NCBI GenBank assembly: GCA_951406725.2
Contig: OX597820.1
Coordinates: 115,878,001-115,942,000 of the forward strand
Direction: 5' to 3'
Source: Octopus vulgaris
Lineage: Eukaryota
Length of the DNA: 64,000 nt
Part shown: positions 26,040 through 39,632 of the stretch, piece after piece
Layout: the number at the start of each line of letters is the position of its first letter
How positions within the stretch are numbered: position 1 is the first letter of the stretch
Notes under the pieces: model-generated
What the model saw: only the letters and a program-made list of their open reading frames with translations
What the model was told of the DNA's origin: nothing
Databases searched by the model: none
Translations under genes and position numbers: made by a program

Positions 26040-26378
26040 GAAGGCGCGTGGCTCAGTGGTTAGAGCGTCGAGCTTACGATCGTGAGGTTGTGAGCTCGAA
26101 TCCCGGACCGGGCTGCGTGTTGTGTTCTTGAGCAAGACACTTTATTTCACGTTGCTCCAGTTCACTCAGCTGTAGAAATGAGTTGCGACGTCACAGGTGC
26201 TAAGCTGTATCGGCCCCTTTGCCTTTCCCTTGGACAACATCGGTGACGTGGAGAGGGGAGGCCGGTATGCATGGGCGACTGCTGGTCTTCCATGAAACAA
26301 CCTTGCCCAGACTTTTGCCTCAGAGAGTAACTCTCTAGGTGCAAACCCATGGTCAGTGTCTGACCGAAGGGGGTCACT
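26040..26378 (+). mobile_element. tRNA-derived SINE, young copy
   Basis: GGCGCGTGGCTCAGTGGTTAGAGCG...GAGCTCGAATCCC head with CpGs intact. Confidence 0.8.
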
Positions 26379-27609
26379 ACTATATATATATATATATATA
26401 TAAATATAAAAATATATACATACATAGATACATATATATGAATCGGATCTCTCGTAAAACCAAATCATATTAACTGGCGCTGCCTCTGTATGTTCAAAAA
26501 CTTGTTTTACTTGTGCATCATTTAGAGTAAATAAAGATATTTTAGTAAATTTTGTGCAAAAATAAATAAATAGATAAAATTAGCATCCACATATTTTAAC
26601 CAATAAGTAAAAATGATTTAAGCCACAAAAAGGAAAAAAATGTAATAAACGAAGCATAATTATAAAGATTTTATATTTAGAATTTCATTTTGTATCTTTC
26701 ATATTTAAAAATATTAATTTATTATTTTCGCGGCACAAGTTGCATCCGGCGGCACAAGTTGCATCCGGCGGCACACGTGTACGTCTCCGAGCATCACTTG
26801 GAAAAAAATCACAGCATTGCGCTGCTCGCTGTTGGTCGCTCGACCTGCTAGAAAGAGCAGCGAAATCTTCCTCAAATCTCACCTTATCATCATAGATAAG
26901 GATAGGACGTATTATTATTACATAATGTGGTTGTGCATTACTTAAAGAGGCTGGATGGTTCTGGTTGGAATTATTGATTACAAGCCTTCTAGGTGTCTTA
27001 CGGGCGAGAACACCAACACTATCGCCATCAACACCTTCATCACTGCAAAACCGTCACCACCACTTGTAACCACTGCCCCCCTCTCTCTATCAATCTTCCT
27101 ATTTCTCTATCGATGGTGGTACACTGCTATGACTATTTGACTATTTCTATTGCCACCACCACCGTCAACACTTCTATCATTATCATAGTACTGCAGCTAG
27201 CTCCGCCGACACCACCATCACAGACAACCTGTGACATCGCCGTCGCCCGTCACAACCATTCCCGACTCAAACGTCGATAATACGCAGCCGACGGCACAAA
27301 AACATCAAGTTTTGCTACTGCACCATCGCCATCATCACTATCATCATGATGATCATCATCATCACCGCCACATTAACTAATGCTGAGCGCTAATACTACT
27401 ACTACTACATCGTGCTACTAGCAACGAAAATGAAAATGTTCCTTTTCTCTCTCTCCTCCCTCTCTGTCCAATGTAGTAGCGGTTGGGTTTGAGTGAGAGG
27501 AAGGCGTTGAGAGAGAGAGAGAGAGAGATATTAAAAATAGGGAAACAAATAAGTAAATGATTAAAATGAAGAGAAGATAAACAATAAAACAAATTATAAA
27601 AGAAAAGCA

Positions 27610-27645
27610 GTCTCTGATTGGTTACAATTAATAAATTATTCCCGG
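27610..27645 (+). promoter_or_regulatory. Candidate CCAAT/Y-box promoter element
   Basis: CTGATTGGTTA with ATTGG at 27617, in non-repeat sequence upstream of the candidate first exon. Confidence 0.3.
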
Positions 27646-27659
27646 GTAAGAAGTGAGAA

Positions 27660-27872
27660 GGAAGGGAAGAGAGTATAAGAGAGAGAAAAAGAGGAAGAGG
27701 GGGGAGAGCAGCAGCGAAAAGGAAGAGAGGGAGAGAGACAGAGAGAGGGGGAGAGACAGAGAGCAGTTTTAAAAAGAAAGAAAGAGAGAGAGAAAAAGAG
27801 GAAGAGGGGGAGAGCAGCAGCGAAAAGGAAGAGAGGGAGAGAGAGAGGGGGAGAGACAGAGAGCAGTTTTAA

Positions 27873-27905
<33 letters not shown>

Positions 27906-27994
27906 TATATAGAGGCAGTGAGAGAGTGCAGTTGTGAAAAGAAAGAGAGAGAGATATATATAGAGGCAGTGAGAGAGTGCAGTTGTGAAAAGGA

Positions 27995-28028
<34 letters not shown>

Positions 28029-28140
28029 GCAGTGAGAGAGTGCAGTTGTGAAAAAGAAGAGAAAGAAGGAAAGAGAGAGAGGCAGTGAGAGAGTGCAGTT
28101 GTGAAAAGGAAGAGAAAGAAGGAGAGAGTGCAGTAGAGAG
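27660..28140. repeat. Polypurine GA-rich compound minisatellite
   Basis: Duplicated GAGCAGCAGCGAAAAGGAAGAG block and four GAGGCAGTGAGAGAGTGCAGTTGTGAAAA units. Confidence 0.9.
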
Positions 28141-28759
28141 TCCAACAATATTGGAGAGTCTTGCTTGAAAGCGTGTAGCACTTGGTCTTACAATACACAG
28201 CTTCTTCTCCCCCTCCTTTCTATGATTTCGTCATAAGAAGCTGTTTGCCGACTCTGATACTTGCTCAATATTTGCCACACGCACTGATATTATTCACACA
28301 CTCTCACACTCACACACACGCACACACACATACACACACACTCACACACACTCACTGCCGCTGAAGATCAACTTGGTTTAATTATAACAGTCACACAAGC
28401 ATCTAATCACACACAAAACAACATATATTCACTCACATATAAAACTCTCGCATTAATTTACATACAAAATAATATTTAAATGATAAAAGCAATACTCAAA
28501 ATACAAATCTCACGATTTTAATTGGACACACGCGCACACAGGTATTCATTAAATGCACGACATTTATTTCATTTATCAATCGATAAACCATTATTCAACA
28601 GAATCAATCACCAGAGTAAGTGTTTGACGTGCAAACAGACATATCTGGATACTATTGTTTCATTGCCCGAGTTGCCTTTTTTTTTTCGTCGTCTGCCTAA
28701 GTGCCACCACACACCATACATAGTACGGCCTTTCCACACATCACAGAAAAAGCCAAACC

Positions 28760-28796
28760 ATGAAAACGTTGATCGGAATTATAGTTCTCTTAACAG
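28760..28796 (+). CDS. Candidate coding end of a first exon: MKTLIGIIVLLT (signal-peptide-like or uORF)
   Basis: ACC-ATG Kozak context, basic then hydrophobic residues, and a near-consensus donor CAG|GTGAGT (phase 1). Confidence 0.45.
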
Positions 28797-30377
28797 GTGA
28801 GTTTTCACAATGCTTTATTATTTCACTACAAGATCACCCTTCTTTCAACGTCTAGAATTTCACTCAATACATTGGTGAATTTATCTCATTAGATAGGTTT
28901 TGATTTCTAAATCCTTTATCTTCATTTCTATATACTTATATACTTTATCTTCATTTCTATATACTTATTGAAAAGGTTGCAAGACGCAACGAAAATTTTA
29001 GGAAAATAAAAATAAGAAAAAAGTGGAAATTTTACCGGTGGGTGTGTTACATTATAAGGCACAAAAAGAAAACGACTCTCCCCAATCACAACAGAATATG
29101 CTTCAACACACGAACTCATATAAAGAATCTTGCAAACCAAAAACGAAATCATTAAAGAACATATAAGAAAAAAAGTGGGGGGCGAGGAAGAAAAGCTTAA
29201 ATAACCCGACTCCCCACGGCCGTGAGATGACAATTTGGTGTCTCTGAATATAGGCACAAAATTGTCATTTTGCAGAGGTTTTATTTAGTTTCTTTGCACC
29301 AAACCACACATTATTAATAAGCAAACGCGTTTAGCATTATCGAAAATGTGGACTAGTAATCCTAATTTCAAAGTTAGTGGGAAGACCTATTGCTTTTTTC
29401 TTAAAATCCAGTTGTTCGCATGTTTTTAACAACTGTACTGCAACCGCGTCATGATGCTTCAATATTTTTATCGACTCGCTCATTCGCATTGATCTCTCTC
29501 ACTTTACAATCAACCGGTACTTCTGACTAAATTCTTCCCGGGCCAACGAAGGAGTTACCCAATCTGCTAGAAATATCAGCTAAATCTCCTTCAAATTACA
29601 ACCTACTCTCTTACATAACACAGTTCTGTCCTGGGTTCTCTGCACGTTGGAAAGGACGAGATGGTCACGGCTGGACTGAAATTCATTTTATCATAGATCT
29701 GTTCGATCATAATTGACCTGTAGCCTGTAACAGGTGAAATCTTACTATATACAAGTGACCAGCTACTGTTTGTCAACTACTCAACGAGGTAAATCGGCCT
29801 CTGATGTACACGGATTTGACTGAGCTGAGATGGCTCCCTTTATAATAAATGTAATACTCTGTTTTGTTGTATTTTGGATCGAGTACTTTTTCCAGCTAAT
29901 TTGAAAGCAAAAACTTGTGTGTATATGAGTGTATAATTTATTTTGTGTGTGTGTGTGTTGGTCAACACAAAACGGGCATATACATTTTACTCAAACATGA
30001 CTTATAGACGAGGAAAATAATCTTTTTAATCTTTCTAAGAGGAATAGCTAAATGATAGGTTTTCAACATGCAATCAGAAATATAGGCGCGGATTCTGTTC
30101 TGCAGTGTTCCACCCATGCAGAACATTTTCCCCTCTGCATTATTACAATCCAGGTGTACCTGTCGACTTGAGTAGCCATAAACACATTCCCTCAAAAGAA
30201 GTATTACTTAAATATTGAGAATGCTGTGTTAAAAGCATGATGCGAAAATTAATATTATATATATATATATAAGTTCAGTAAAAATTTAGATTCAGTTGAA
30301 TATGGTACTTAAGTTAAAGGCACCAGAATTTGGTATGGTATATTATCCATATAATTTAAAATGGGATGATTATAATC

Positions 30378-30437
30378 AAAATAAGCAACAGGGATATCCA
30401 GAGATAATGCAGAACCTCTGGATATCCTTGTTGCTTA

Positions 30438-30441
<4 letters not shown>
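30378..30441. repeat. 26-bp-stem hairpin with a 12-nt loop
   Basis: AAAATAAGCAACAGGGATATCCAGAG / CTCTGGATATCCTTGTTGCTTATTTT, with one G-U pair. Confidence 0.9.
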
Positions 30442-30475
<34 letters not shown>

Positions 30476-30794
30476 GTGTGTGTGTGTGTGTGTGTGCATA
30501 CATACAGACATACATACACGACTCTACAGTAAAGGTTTATCTGCTTCACTACAGTTGCATTTTGTGACATTTTCGGGAACCACGTCGTGCCTACAGTGTC
30601 TGAAACACTTCGCCGATTGTTAATCGTCAAATTTGAAATAGAAATAATTTCAAATTCATGGCAAAGAAATAAAGAAAAATCTAAGAAATAATCAAACAAC
30701 CTTGGGTTATCAAGAATATCGGTGCAGCTCTTTGCACTTCATACTGTTTAATTAATATTCAGCATAAATTTATGAATTCACCGTTGAATGCACG

Positions 30795-30832
<38 letters not shown>

Positions 30833-30843
<11 letters not shown>

Positions 30844-31031
30844 CGTGTACATTCAAACACATTAAGGGGCTTCCATCATAGGAAAGCCTTGCGCTAGAAA
30901 GAGCAGTGAACAACTCAAACCACTAATTAGGGATAAATTAGTGGTTTGAGTTGTTCACTGCTCTTTCTAGCGCAAGGCTGTCCTATGATGGAAGCCTCTT
31001 GATGTGTTTTAATGTACACGATATTTTATAT
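30833..31031. repeat. Long palindrome: 96-bp arms, 7-nt loop
   Basis: 30833-30928 is the reverse complement of 30936-31031 with 4 differences. Confidence 0.95.
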
Positions 31032-34000
31032 GAATAATATATAGTCTATTGACTAATTTTTTTGCGCTAGGCCACTGGTAATAAACATTTCCATAATTCT
31101 TATTACTCTAATATTACTTATTATGTTTATATAATATATATATATATATATACACGCACTTTTGTACAGTAGCAGGGCAACGTGCAGGGGGGATTTATGA
31201 ATACGCTTAGGTAGTTTGATAAAATAATTTATTCGAGTTTGTAATAGCTGCAGTGAACCTATTGTGTGAGACGAAGGCTTCGATCACAAATCTGTTGCTT
31301 TCAAAGAGATTTACTTTCTGGTTTGGCATTTAAATGTTTATAAGCATTAAGGTTTATCGCATTGAAGCTCAGATTTGACATATCATACATCAGGAGAGGA
31401 ATGGTTGGTTAAACGAACCCCACAAAGTAATTAGTAGCATTTCTTCTTCTTTTTTTTTTGCTACCGAAGACCCCACCGTCTCTGTAAAAGTGATCGGGAG
31501 CAAAGTCACCTCCACAGGGTTTGAGCTCTGAATATTGTGAGAGAAATCTAGAATTTTGTTCGACGCTCTTCAGTTTCTGCCACGCCACTCAGATACACAT
31601 TCTTATAACGAATTAACGTATATAAATGACAAAAAAGTTATTTATTTGAACGCAGGAAGAACCTAGGAGTCCTCTTGCTATACTCGTATCATTCATCTAT
31701 GATTTAATATCTTGAATTATTCGATATTACTGTAAACTAATTATCTCTCCAAACTTATTCTAGAGCTATGCATAAAAATCAATTACTAGCTGATTACCTT
31801 AACTAAACGTGATGCTAGTAAACTGTGATTTCTGCTGTTGATGCGACATGGAAACGAAAAAGTGTAGCACTTGTCTTGGTTGTGTAGGCGAAATAATTGC
31901 ATTTGATCAGATAGTGAAGTCGAAGCACGGACAGGGTATGTCTGGAGCCTATACTTTTAAATTGTCAAACATTCGATCGATCTAAATAGCTTCTCTTTTG
32001 CTATCGACAATAATGGACAATAATGTCACAATAATGGACATTTATCGATTTTAGAAATCGTGGATATATAATTTAATTATTGTACATTTTATAAAGAATT
32101 TCATATTTTAGTAGTTTAGTAGCTGAAGATGAAATAAGCGATCGTAAAATGATTGCTTTAATGAAAATTTCTCAAACGGCCTCCGACGGGATTTGAACCC
32201 GAATCTAAAGGAACGAAACTAATTCACAGTAAGGCATTTCACAATCTGGCGCTCAACTTTTTCCATCAGAGTACCACGTTTTATAATAATCACCTTTGCC
32301 TGAGTACGAATATATATTGTATTAATATAGCCAATATGATTGATGATATCCTTCAGACGGATCAAGATTGCTGTCAATCCTGGCAGAATCAGAACTCTAA
32401 ACAATGAGACAACCAACGAAAGAGCAAGAATCACCAAGTTCTTTAATATTTTGGTGTTCTTTTTTACTCTGAATGATCTGTAATAGTGACATCTATATCA
32501 TTCACAGGGTCGTTAAATTTATTTATGAAATTCCATTATATAACGTTCACGCTTTTTCAAGGTCATTAGCGGATGTAAATGAAGTGAAAACCTTTAACAA
32601 AAATGAATTAAGAGAGCGGACTCGGCTCGCCTTTAACTTTTATTAAATGGCTTTTGATGTACGAACCTTTGATAGCGCCTAGAAACCCTAAAGAATTAAT
32701 TTCCAAGGACTTTCAAACTTCATTATATAACGAAACCTGAATTTTAAATATATTTGAAGAACTTAAATCACTAAAGCCTTTAACCACTTAAAAAAGAAAT
32801 ATTAAAACCCGTTGATAACAGAATAACTAAATTAGCAAGGGAAAATATTGTGACTTAGTCAATGCTTAGGTATTTCATTGCATATCACTGGGTTTTTTTC
32901 TCTTTTACAAAATCACGTCTAGCTGATGCGAAATCCTTTCTCTGCGGAAAACAGTTTGGAAAACTCCCGATAGTTAATCGATTCGATCTTAGCTGAACTT
33001 GAACTGAGAAACGTGATATAATGAAATAAAATAGCACAAATAATCTGAGATATTTCTTAAAGACTAGAATAATTTTGCTGTATGTAAAATTTACTATATA
33101 TATATTTTATTATGAGGAAAGGTGTTATTTAACTAATGCCCTTCAAGTATTATTTCTTAAAGAAATAGTTTTCATTTGGTTTGGTTATTCATATTTCTTG
33201 ACTTGGAAGTCGAAAATTCTGGGTCGTAGATATATGGAATTGATTTCGTATTTCTAAGTGTACTTATCGATCTGCATCCCCATTTCTATTTAGTGCCACG
33301 TATTCGGCGAAGTATTTCTTAATATTTTTTAGCTTCCTTTATTTTTTTAATGTTTATCTTCTCGCCAACAACGAGACAGCTTTCTGCTATCCCTCATCTG
33401 AGATTTTACACACAGATTCACCTTTCTAATCATCAGTTTTTAAATATGATTTATTCAATCGCATATATTACATTTATGATTATGAATTCTAACATTATTT
33501 TACCTTACCTTTCTAATCGTTGGGGGTAGGAGAAACGATAAGCACTGGAACAGATAGTGATGGTGTTGGTGTGAATGAAATGGTTTAGTCATTTCATAGT
33601 TCAAGAACATTAGCGTAATCTCTTAGGAAAAATATTTGTTTCCAGTTTAGGTATAGGGCCAGTACTTTTGAGGGTAGAGGGCTTGTCGATTATATCAACA
33701 CTAGTTCTTGACTGGTGTCTTATTTTATCGACGAGATTTGAACTCGAAACGTAAAGAACCGCAAAATTACCGCAAAGCATTTCTTAGGACGTTGCAACGA
33801 TTCTTCCAAAATCTTCATGCAGAAGGTACCCTGTTTGACATAAGTCAAATCTGACCATATAGTCCTATAAAGGAGACAAAATCGTTTGAAGAATATTTGC
33901 TACCATATCACCAATAACGGCGATATGGTCCTCAAAGTAGGCGATGAGACTGGTCTTAAGACCTCCCTTTCGGGATTACTTTCAGAGGCCTAATAAGATG

Positions 34001-36091
34001 TGAAGGGACGTTATGACCGATGCCTCTTTGAATTTACTTTCTCTGTCTTAGACACAGTGTTACTGACGATAAAGAGTAGAGCCTTGATTGATAGGTGGTG
34101 GACCGAAAATGTTTTAGGGAATATCAAATTTAGGACTTATCTGTTAAAATTGTTTGAAGTTTATAGAATTTAGTGCTAGAGATAGGATACTTTATGGAAC
34201 AAGTTGAGTGACAATGTAGAAGCTTCCCCGTTGGCTCTAATAAATTATTTCCTTTCCTTATGCTTGTGCTGGAAGAAATAACGAAAGATTGCAAGCAACT
34301 CTTTTTCTGAAATGGTTAAATATTACCTGATACAGAGATCTGATATATAAAACCTATCAAGAGAGAAGCAATGTCTGTGACCTTTTCAAACTCACTCAGA
34401 TCAACGAAGTCTTAACAATCATCATAAAAGCCTACTTGTACGAGTAGAGTAGCAATACAGTGTAAGAAGTAGCTTGAAGCTTGTAAAATTCTTTTCTTCC
34501 ATGGTAACTTGCACTTCTTCATGAAGAAAACACCCTTGATAAAATTGCCTATGTTATTTTAAATTACTTAATTAGTCAATCAGTTTCACACCAAATCAAT
34601 TGACTCATCAAGTTGTTCTGTAGTTAGGTAGCTGCTTTGTGTTGACCACGCATTGCTGAGAAGGCCTGATAAGACTAAAACCTACAAGGAGTTGTCACCG
34701 TAGCTACCAAAGATCAAACTCACTTCTTCTTGTATATTTCATTATCTTTTTGTTGATTCTGGAAGTTCTTTCTCTTTTTGGGAGAAATTTTCATTAACAT
34801 TAATAGTCTTCTAACTATCTTAGTTAATTCAAAATTATTTTCAGCTCCCCATATTAAGCATGCTAGCTTGCACTTAAACTATAAGTGTCTGTATTCTTTT
34901 GATCAACTGGACACGTTAGCACCCTTCACTGCCCTCTCATACTTGATGTTTCTGGCTGTCTCATGAAAATGAAAGACGGACAGCTGCTGTTGGATGAAGC
35001 GAATAAATCTATAGTCATTTCACTGTTAAAGTTTCCACAATGTAATGCAATGGAATTTACACTTATTCATCCTGTCCTTGTTAATATATCATTACTAATT
35101 TCTCAGCTGGAGCTGTAAATGTTTACGTCATTAATGCCCTTGGAAGAGAATGAACGTCAGATAGTCTCCTATCCTACTATATCCTAGCATAGCCTACCCA
35201 CTGCGAACACAAGTCTTCATACCTACGAAAGAAATCGATATCTCCTTGCTGAATGATATTGCTACTTTCAGTTTCAGTTTAGTAAACCGGACGGTATTAC
35301 TCATGGAAAGTAATTTCCGACCCCCGACTGCTACATCAGAACGGCTCAACGCACACATTTCAACAAGCCAAGAGATCAACGTTGTTTTAGTTTACTTAGA
35401 CACACGAAGCTTAATAAAATTAATATAGTGATTTCTGCAATACAGAACGAGTGACTAGAGGAGAATGTAGCAGAGTTCGCTTGAATAGAATCTCGCGTTT
35501 GGTAGTTTTGCCTCTCGCTGTTGTTATAGAAAGCCATATGTAGAGCAACGAGCACGTTTCGTTGACGAATATCAAAATTAAAGAATTTTACAAAAATATT
35601 TATTTACTATTTTCACAAGACACCCTATACATGTAAAATAAAAAGTACCCTCCACACACACATGTATACACACGCATATGCACATATGCTCACGTACTCG
35701 TACACATATATGTGCATACACGTTTTTCATTCTGATTTCAAATCCTTCAACTCTTAAAAATATATATCTAGATAAACTCACTTTATAGAGTAACTTTCAC
35801 AAACTCGCTTATCCACCAGCAGTGAAATGTATCAACATCATTGTATATATATAAATACTAAACATGTTATATAAACCAAAGCGACAACATCGATAGCCAG
35901 TGTGGCAGCCACTTCCATTTCCTATACCAGCAGGGTCAGAGCCGTAACCAACGGTTCTGAAACCGAACTACTTTATTAATGAGAAGACAAAATAGTTCGC
36001 ATCTATACCTTTCTTATTTTTGCTGGAGAAATTTAAGAATTTTAAATCTTAATTTTTAAGCATGGCTATTTTTCCGCGTATTTTTCTGTGA

Positions 36092-36252
36092 TCGGTAATA
36101 AGGTCACAGGGGGAAAAAAAAGAGTCACTGAAATAAAGTCACAATTTTGGCTAGGAATCCGGACAAAACCTCTCTAGGACAAAACCCCCTCGTACAAACC
36201 CCACCCAGACAAAATCCTTGTGACCTTTTTTTCCTGTGACTTTTGTTTATCG
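36092..36252. mobile_element. Small foldback/MITE-like element
   Basis: GGTCACAGGGGAAAAAA versus TTTTTTCCTGTGAC termini, with internal GGACAAAACCCC-like repeats. Confidence 0.4.
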
Positions 36253-37559
36253 CCGAATTGTCGAGCTTTTAGGTGCGTTGTCTCATTTACCAGGATGCTT
36301 ACTTCATATGTTCGAATGATCTCCTTAAATTTTACATGGATTTCCCGATTTCTTCTTTATGACAGCGTAAAGATTGTTTGTGAAGCACAAGATCAAAGTT
36401 AGGATAGTGCAAGCTCAAAGTTGCAATGATGCTCAAGTGCTATCGTCATACAGTCTGATCCAATACCAAAATGTTCCAAGACGACGATGTTAGAAGGAGG
36501 GAGTTTCTCTGGCCCGAGGCTGCTGATTTGAAATGGTTTCTCTCTACGATCGTACACTATGCATATATCTCACTAATGAAAGATGGCTTGGGCAAAATAC
36601 TTAGAGCCTAACGATATTATTTACTAGGTGTTAAAAATAGTGGAGTGCCAGAAATGATAGATTAAATGTTTTACTGTATTTAGTTTCCTTTGTCAATACT
36701 GCGTGACCGACCAGGCTATCAGATGTTGTTGCACATCGCTGGTCACATGACACTTCAAATGACGCCACCCTGATGGCTAGAGGCGAGCAGGCCAACATTC
36801 CTTTGTTAATATAAGGTGAAAAGTAGAAAATAATATAAGGTGAACTGTTGAATCAGAGATCGATATCTGCATTTTAGTTGGTGTCAAATTTAAGTAGATA
36901 AGTATAGCTCTGGATTTAACAATTTAAAAAAAAAAATTTTATATTCAAGGCAGACTAAGCAGAGTTTTGGAGAGCTGTCCCATACTTCATGGGGAAAGTA
37001 ATGGAGTTTTTTCTTTGTTTTAATATTCATATGTTCCATACAACGGAAATTACAATTCAGAATTTTTTTTTAAATTTAATTTTTTGCATTTGGACCCCGA
37101 CCCTTCTTTCGCATCTTTTCCTTTCCCATGAGGCATGGGACTTTAAAACAGTTATTTCAAAACTCCGCCAATAGTTTTTTTTTTTCAAAAGACTACTCCT
37201 GCGTTGTTCTCACTTATATCTGGTTAAGTTCGATGACCAAATGAGGCGCAGAAATTCGAACTATTTCGTCGTGCCTCTACATTGCAACCATCTGCTAAAA
37301 CAAATTTAGTGTTAACAGCCGACCGCTTTTCCCTGCAAGTCACGGAGTCACACCACAGTATTCAGCATCTTATACCCACTCTACAATGCGTCTCCACTTT
37401 CTCCAAATCTCTCTACAACTTTTCCCAGCTATAACTATCTTTTTACACCAGTTGAAAACGACAATAAATTATAATTAATTTACAAAGAAAAAAAGTCTCT
37501 AGTTATGTCTATCATCGAGAAAGTCTGTTACGGGTGAAATTTGAGATGTTTTTCCCGCT

Positions 37560-37775
37560 AAGTCGTGACAAACATTCTGTGCCGTATGAATATGTCCCTC
37601 GTTTAAGAAACAGATTGGGTTTATTTACATTTGTGAAGAAAAAAAGATACCCTTCCTCCCACCCCTAACCCTAAAACAGATTGAAATGCAATAGATCGAT
37701 ACTAGGGTCATAATTATGGGTGACAATTTCATATGACACCGCTAGGAAAAACTGCCGGTCAAACCGAAAAGATCC
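37560..37775 (-). mobile_element. Partial copy of the 61066-61465 MITE
   Basis: Reverse complement of 61066-61260, ending in AAACCGAAAAGATCC. Confidence 0.85.
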
Positions 37776-38527
37776 CAGATCATAACACAACATCGTCCTC
37801 TTGTCTCTTTCGCTGCACTCCATTCACTCTTGTCCCCCAGCCTTCCCTATTCCGGAAATAATCTCTTCTGATATCTATAGTGGATTAGTCAGTTTTAAAT
37901 TATTCAGAATTATTTGTGTGATGTCCATTAGCTTAGCTGGGGACGATAAGAGCGGTCCGCTGTGGACAACGCATTTATAGGGACGGCACTTTTGGGTTTG
38001 TTGTATAAGCCTATATAGGGGACAGGGGGCGGTAAACTCAAAGACTACTCCGAGCGGCACTCACTCTGGCTACGTCACTAGTGATGTCCCCAGATTTTAG
38101 CAACCGAGGCGATCGCCTTGTTTGTCCCGTGCATAACACGGGCATTGGCAAACCTATCACTACCCCAATTTAATGATTCTCTTATCACTAATTTAGCAAG
38201 TACGAAGAAGTGTGCGCTTCGCTATGGAGGTTCAATGAAGTAGAAATACGTCCAGAGTTGTCGCCCGTACTTAACAGACTCTGGTTAAAATAATGTAAGT
38301 CACTGAGCGAACGTTTACTCCTCATCACAAAAGTATTATAATCGTTATCACGCCGGGCAAAATTCTTGGCATTGTCGCCTGTCTTTATGTTCTGGGTTCA
38401 AATTTCGCCGAGGTTTTGCCTTTCATTTCTTCAGGGTCGATAAAATAAGTACCTGTTGAGCACTGTGAGCGATGTAATCGACTGACCTCGTCCCCGCCAA
38501 ATTTCAAGCCTTGTGTCTTTAGTAGAG

Positions 38528-38825
38528 TGGAGGCGCAATGGCCCAGTGGTTAGGGCAGCAGACTCGCGGTCATAGGATCGCGGTTTCGATTCCCAGACCA
38601 GGCGTTGTAAGTGTTTATTGAGCGAAAACACCTAAAGCTCCACGATGCTCCAGCAGGGGTTGGTGGCGATCCCTGCTGTACTCTTTCGCCGCAACTTTCT
38701 CTCACTCTTACTTCTGTTGGCCTGCTTGCTTAGCCAGCGGGGTGACGTCATTTGAAGGCTAAAACAATGCGAAGTGCATTGTGACCAGCGATGTGTAGCA
38801 ACATCTGATAGCCTGATCGATCATG
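38528..38825 (+). mobile_element. tRNA-derived OR-like SINE
   Basis: TGGAGGCGCAATGGCCCAGTGGTTAGGGCAG head, very similar to 55114-55410. Confidence 0.85.
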
Positions 38826-39289
38826 TGGTGGTGGTTTTTAGTAGAAAGGATTACACACACCTCAAAGGAGCGAGCTGGCAGAATCGTTAAGCACGTTGGA
38901 CAAAAAAATACTTTACGGCATTAATTCCGGCTCTTGACATTCTGAGTTCAAATCCGATCGAGGTCAGTTTTGCTTTTTTATCAATAAAATATGGTATTAG
39001 TGAAGTATTAGGATCGCTGTAATTGATTTTCCCCTTCCCCTTAGAAACTGCTGGCCTCAAATCCTCCAACCGATCAGCGTCCCTTTTAAGGGGAATGTTG
39101 TGATCTCATTTAAATACCATGGACACCAGCCTTACGAGTCCCAAGAATCGAGAAAAATGATCCACTAAGCAAAGGCATCACCTCAGTAGAATAAGGACAA
39201 AGGTATGAACTCGGCAATCTCACCGCCACCAAATACTATTCCAAATGGTGAAAATGGAGGTCGTTCATATGTAAATAAGTTGAAATGGA

Positions 39290-39418
39290 ATGTTACTCTT
39301 TTACTTGTTCCAGTCCCTTGGTTTTGTAAACCTAGTACTTATTCTATCGGTGTCTTTTACCGAACCGCTAGGTTACGGGGACGTAAACACACCAGCATCG
39401 GTTGTCAAGCGATGTTGG

Positions 39419-39473
<55 letters not shown>

Positions 39474-39632
39474 CGATGGGCTTCTTTCAGTTTCCGTCTA
39501 CCAAATCCACTCACAAGGTTTTGGTCGGCCCGAAGCTATAGTAGAAGACACTTGCTCAAGGTGCCACGGCAGTGGGACAGAACCCTGAACCGTGTGGTTC
39601 GTAAGCAAGCTACTTGCCACACAGCCACTCCT
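39290..39632 (-). mobile_element. SINE family A
   Basis: Matches 1742-2141. Confidence 0.85.

Noticed and set aside
26040-26115. SINE heads (also 38528, 55114 and 10000-10076) as functional tRNA genes
   Set aside because: They continue into SINE bodies and lack proper acceptor stems and terminators.
30555-30691. Alternative exon 2 giving MKTLIGIIVLLTVAFCDIFGNH...
   Set aside because: Weak acceptor, repeat-flanked context, no donor and no recognisable peptide.
35194-35428. Overlapping 60-aa ORFs in non-repeat sequence
   Set aside because: No splice signals or recognisable motif.
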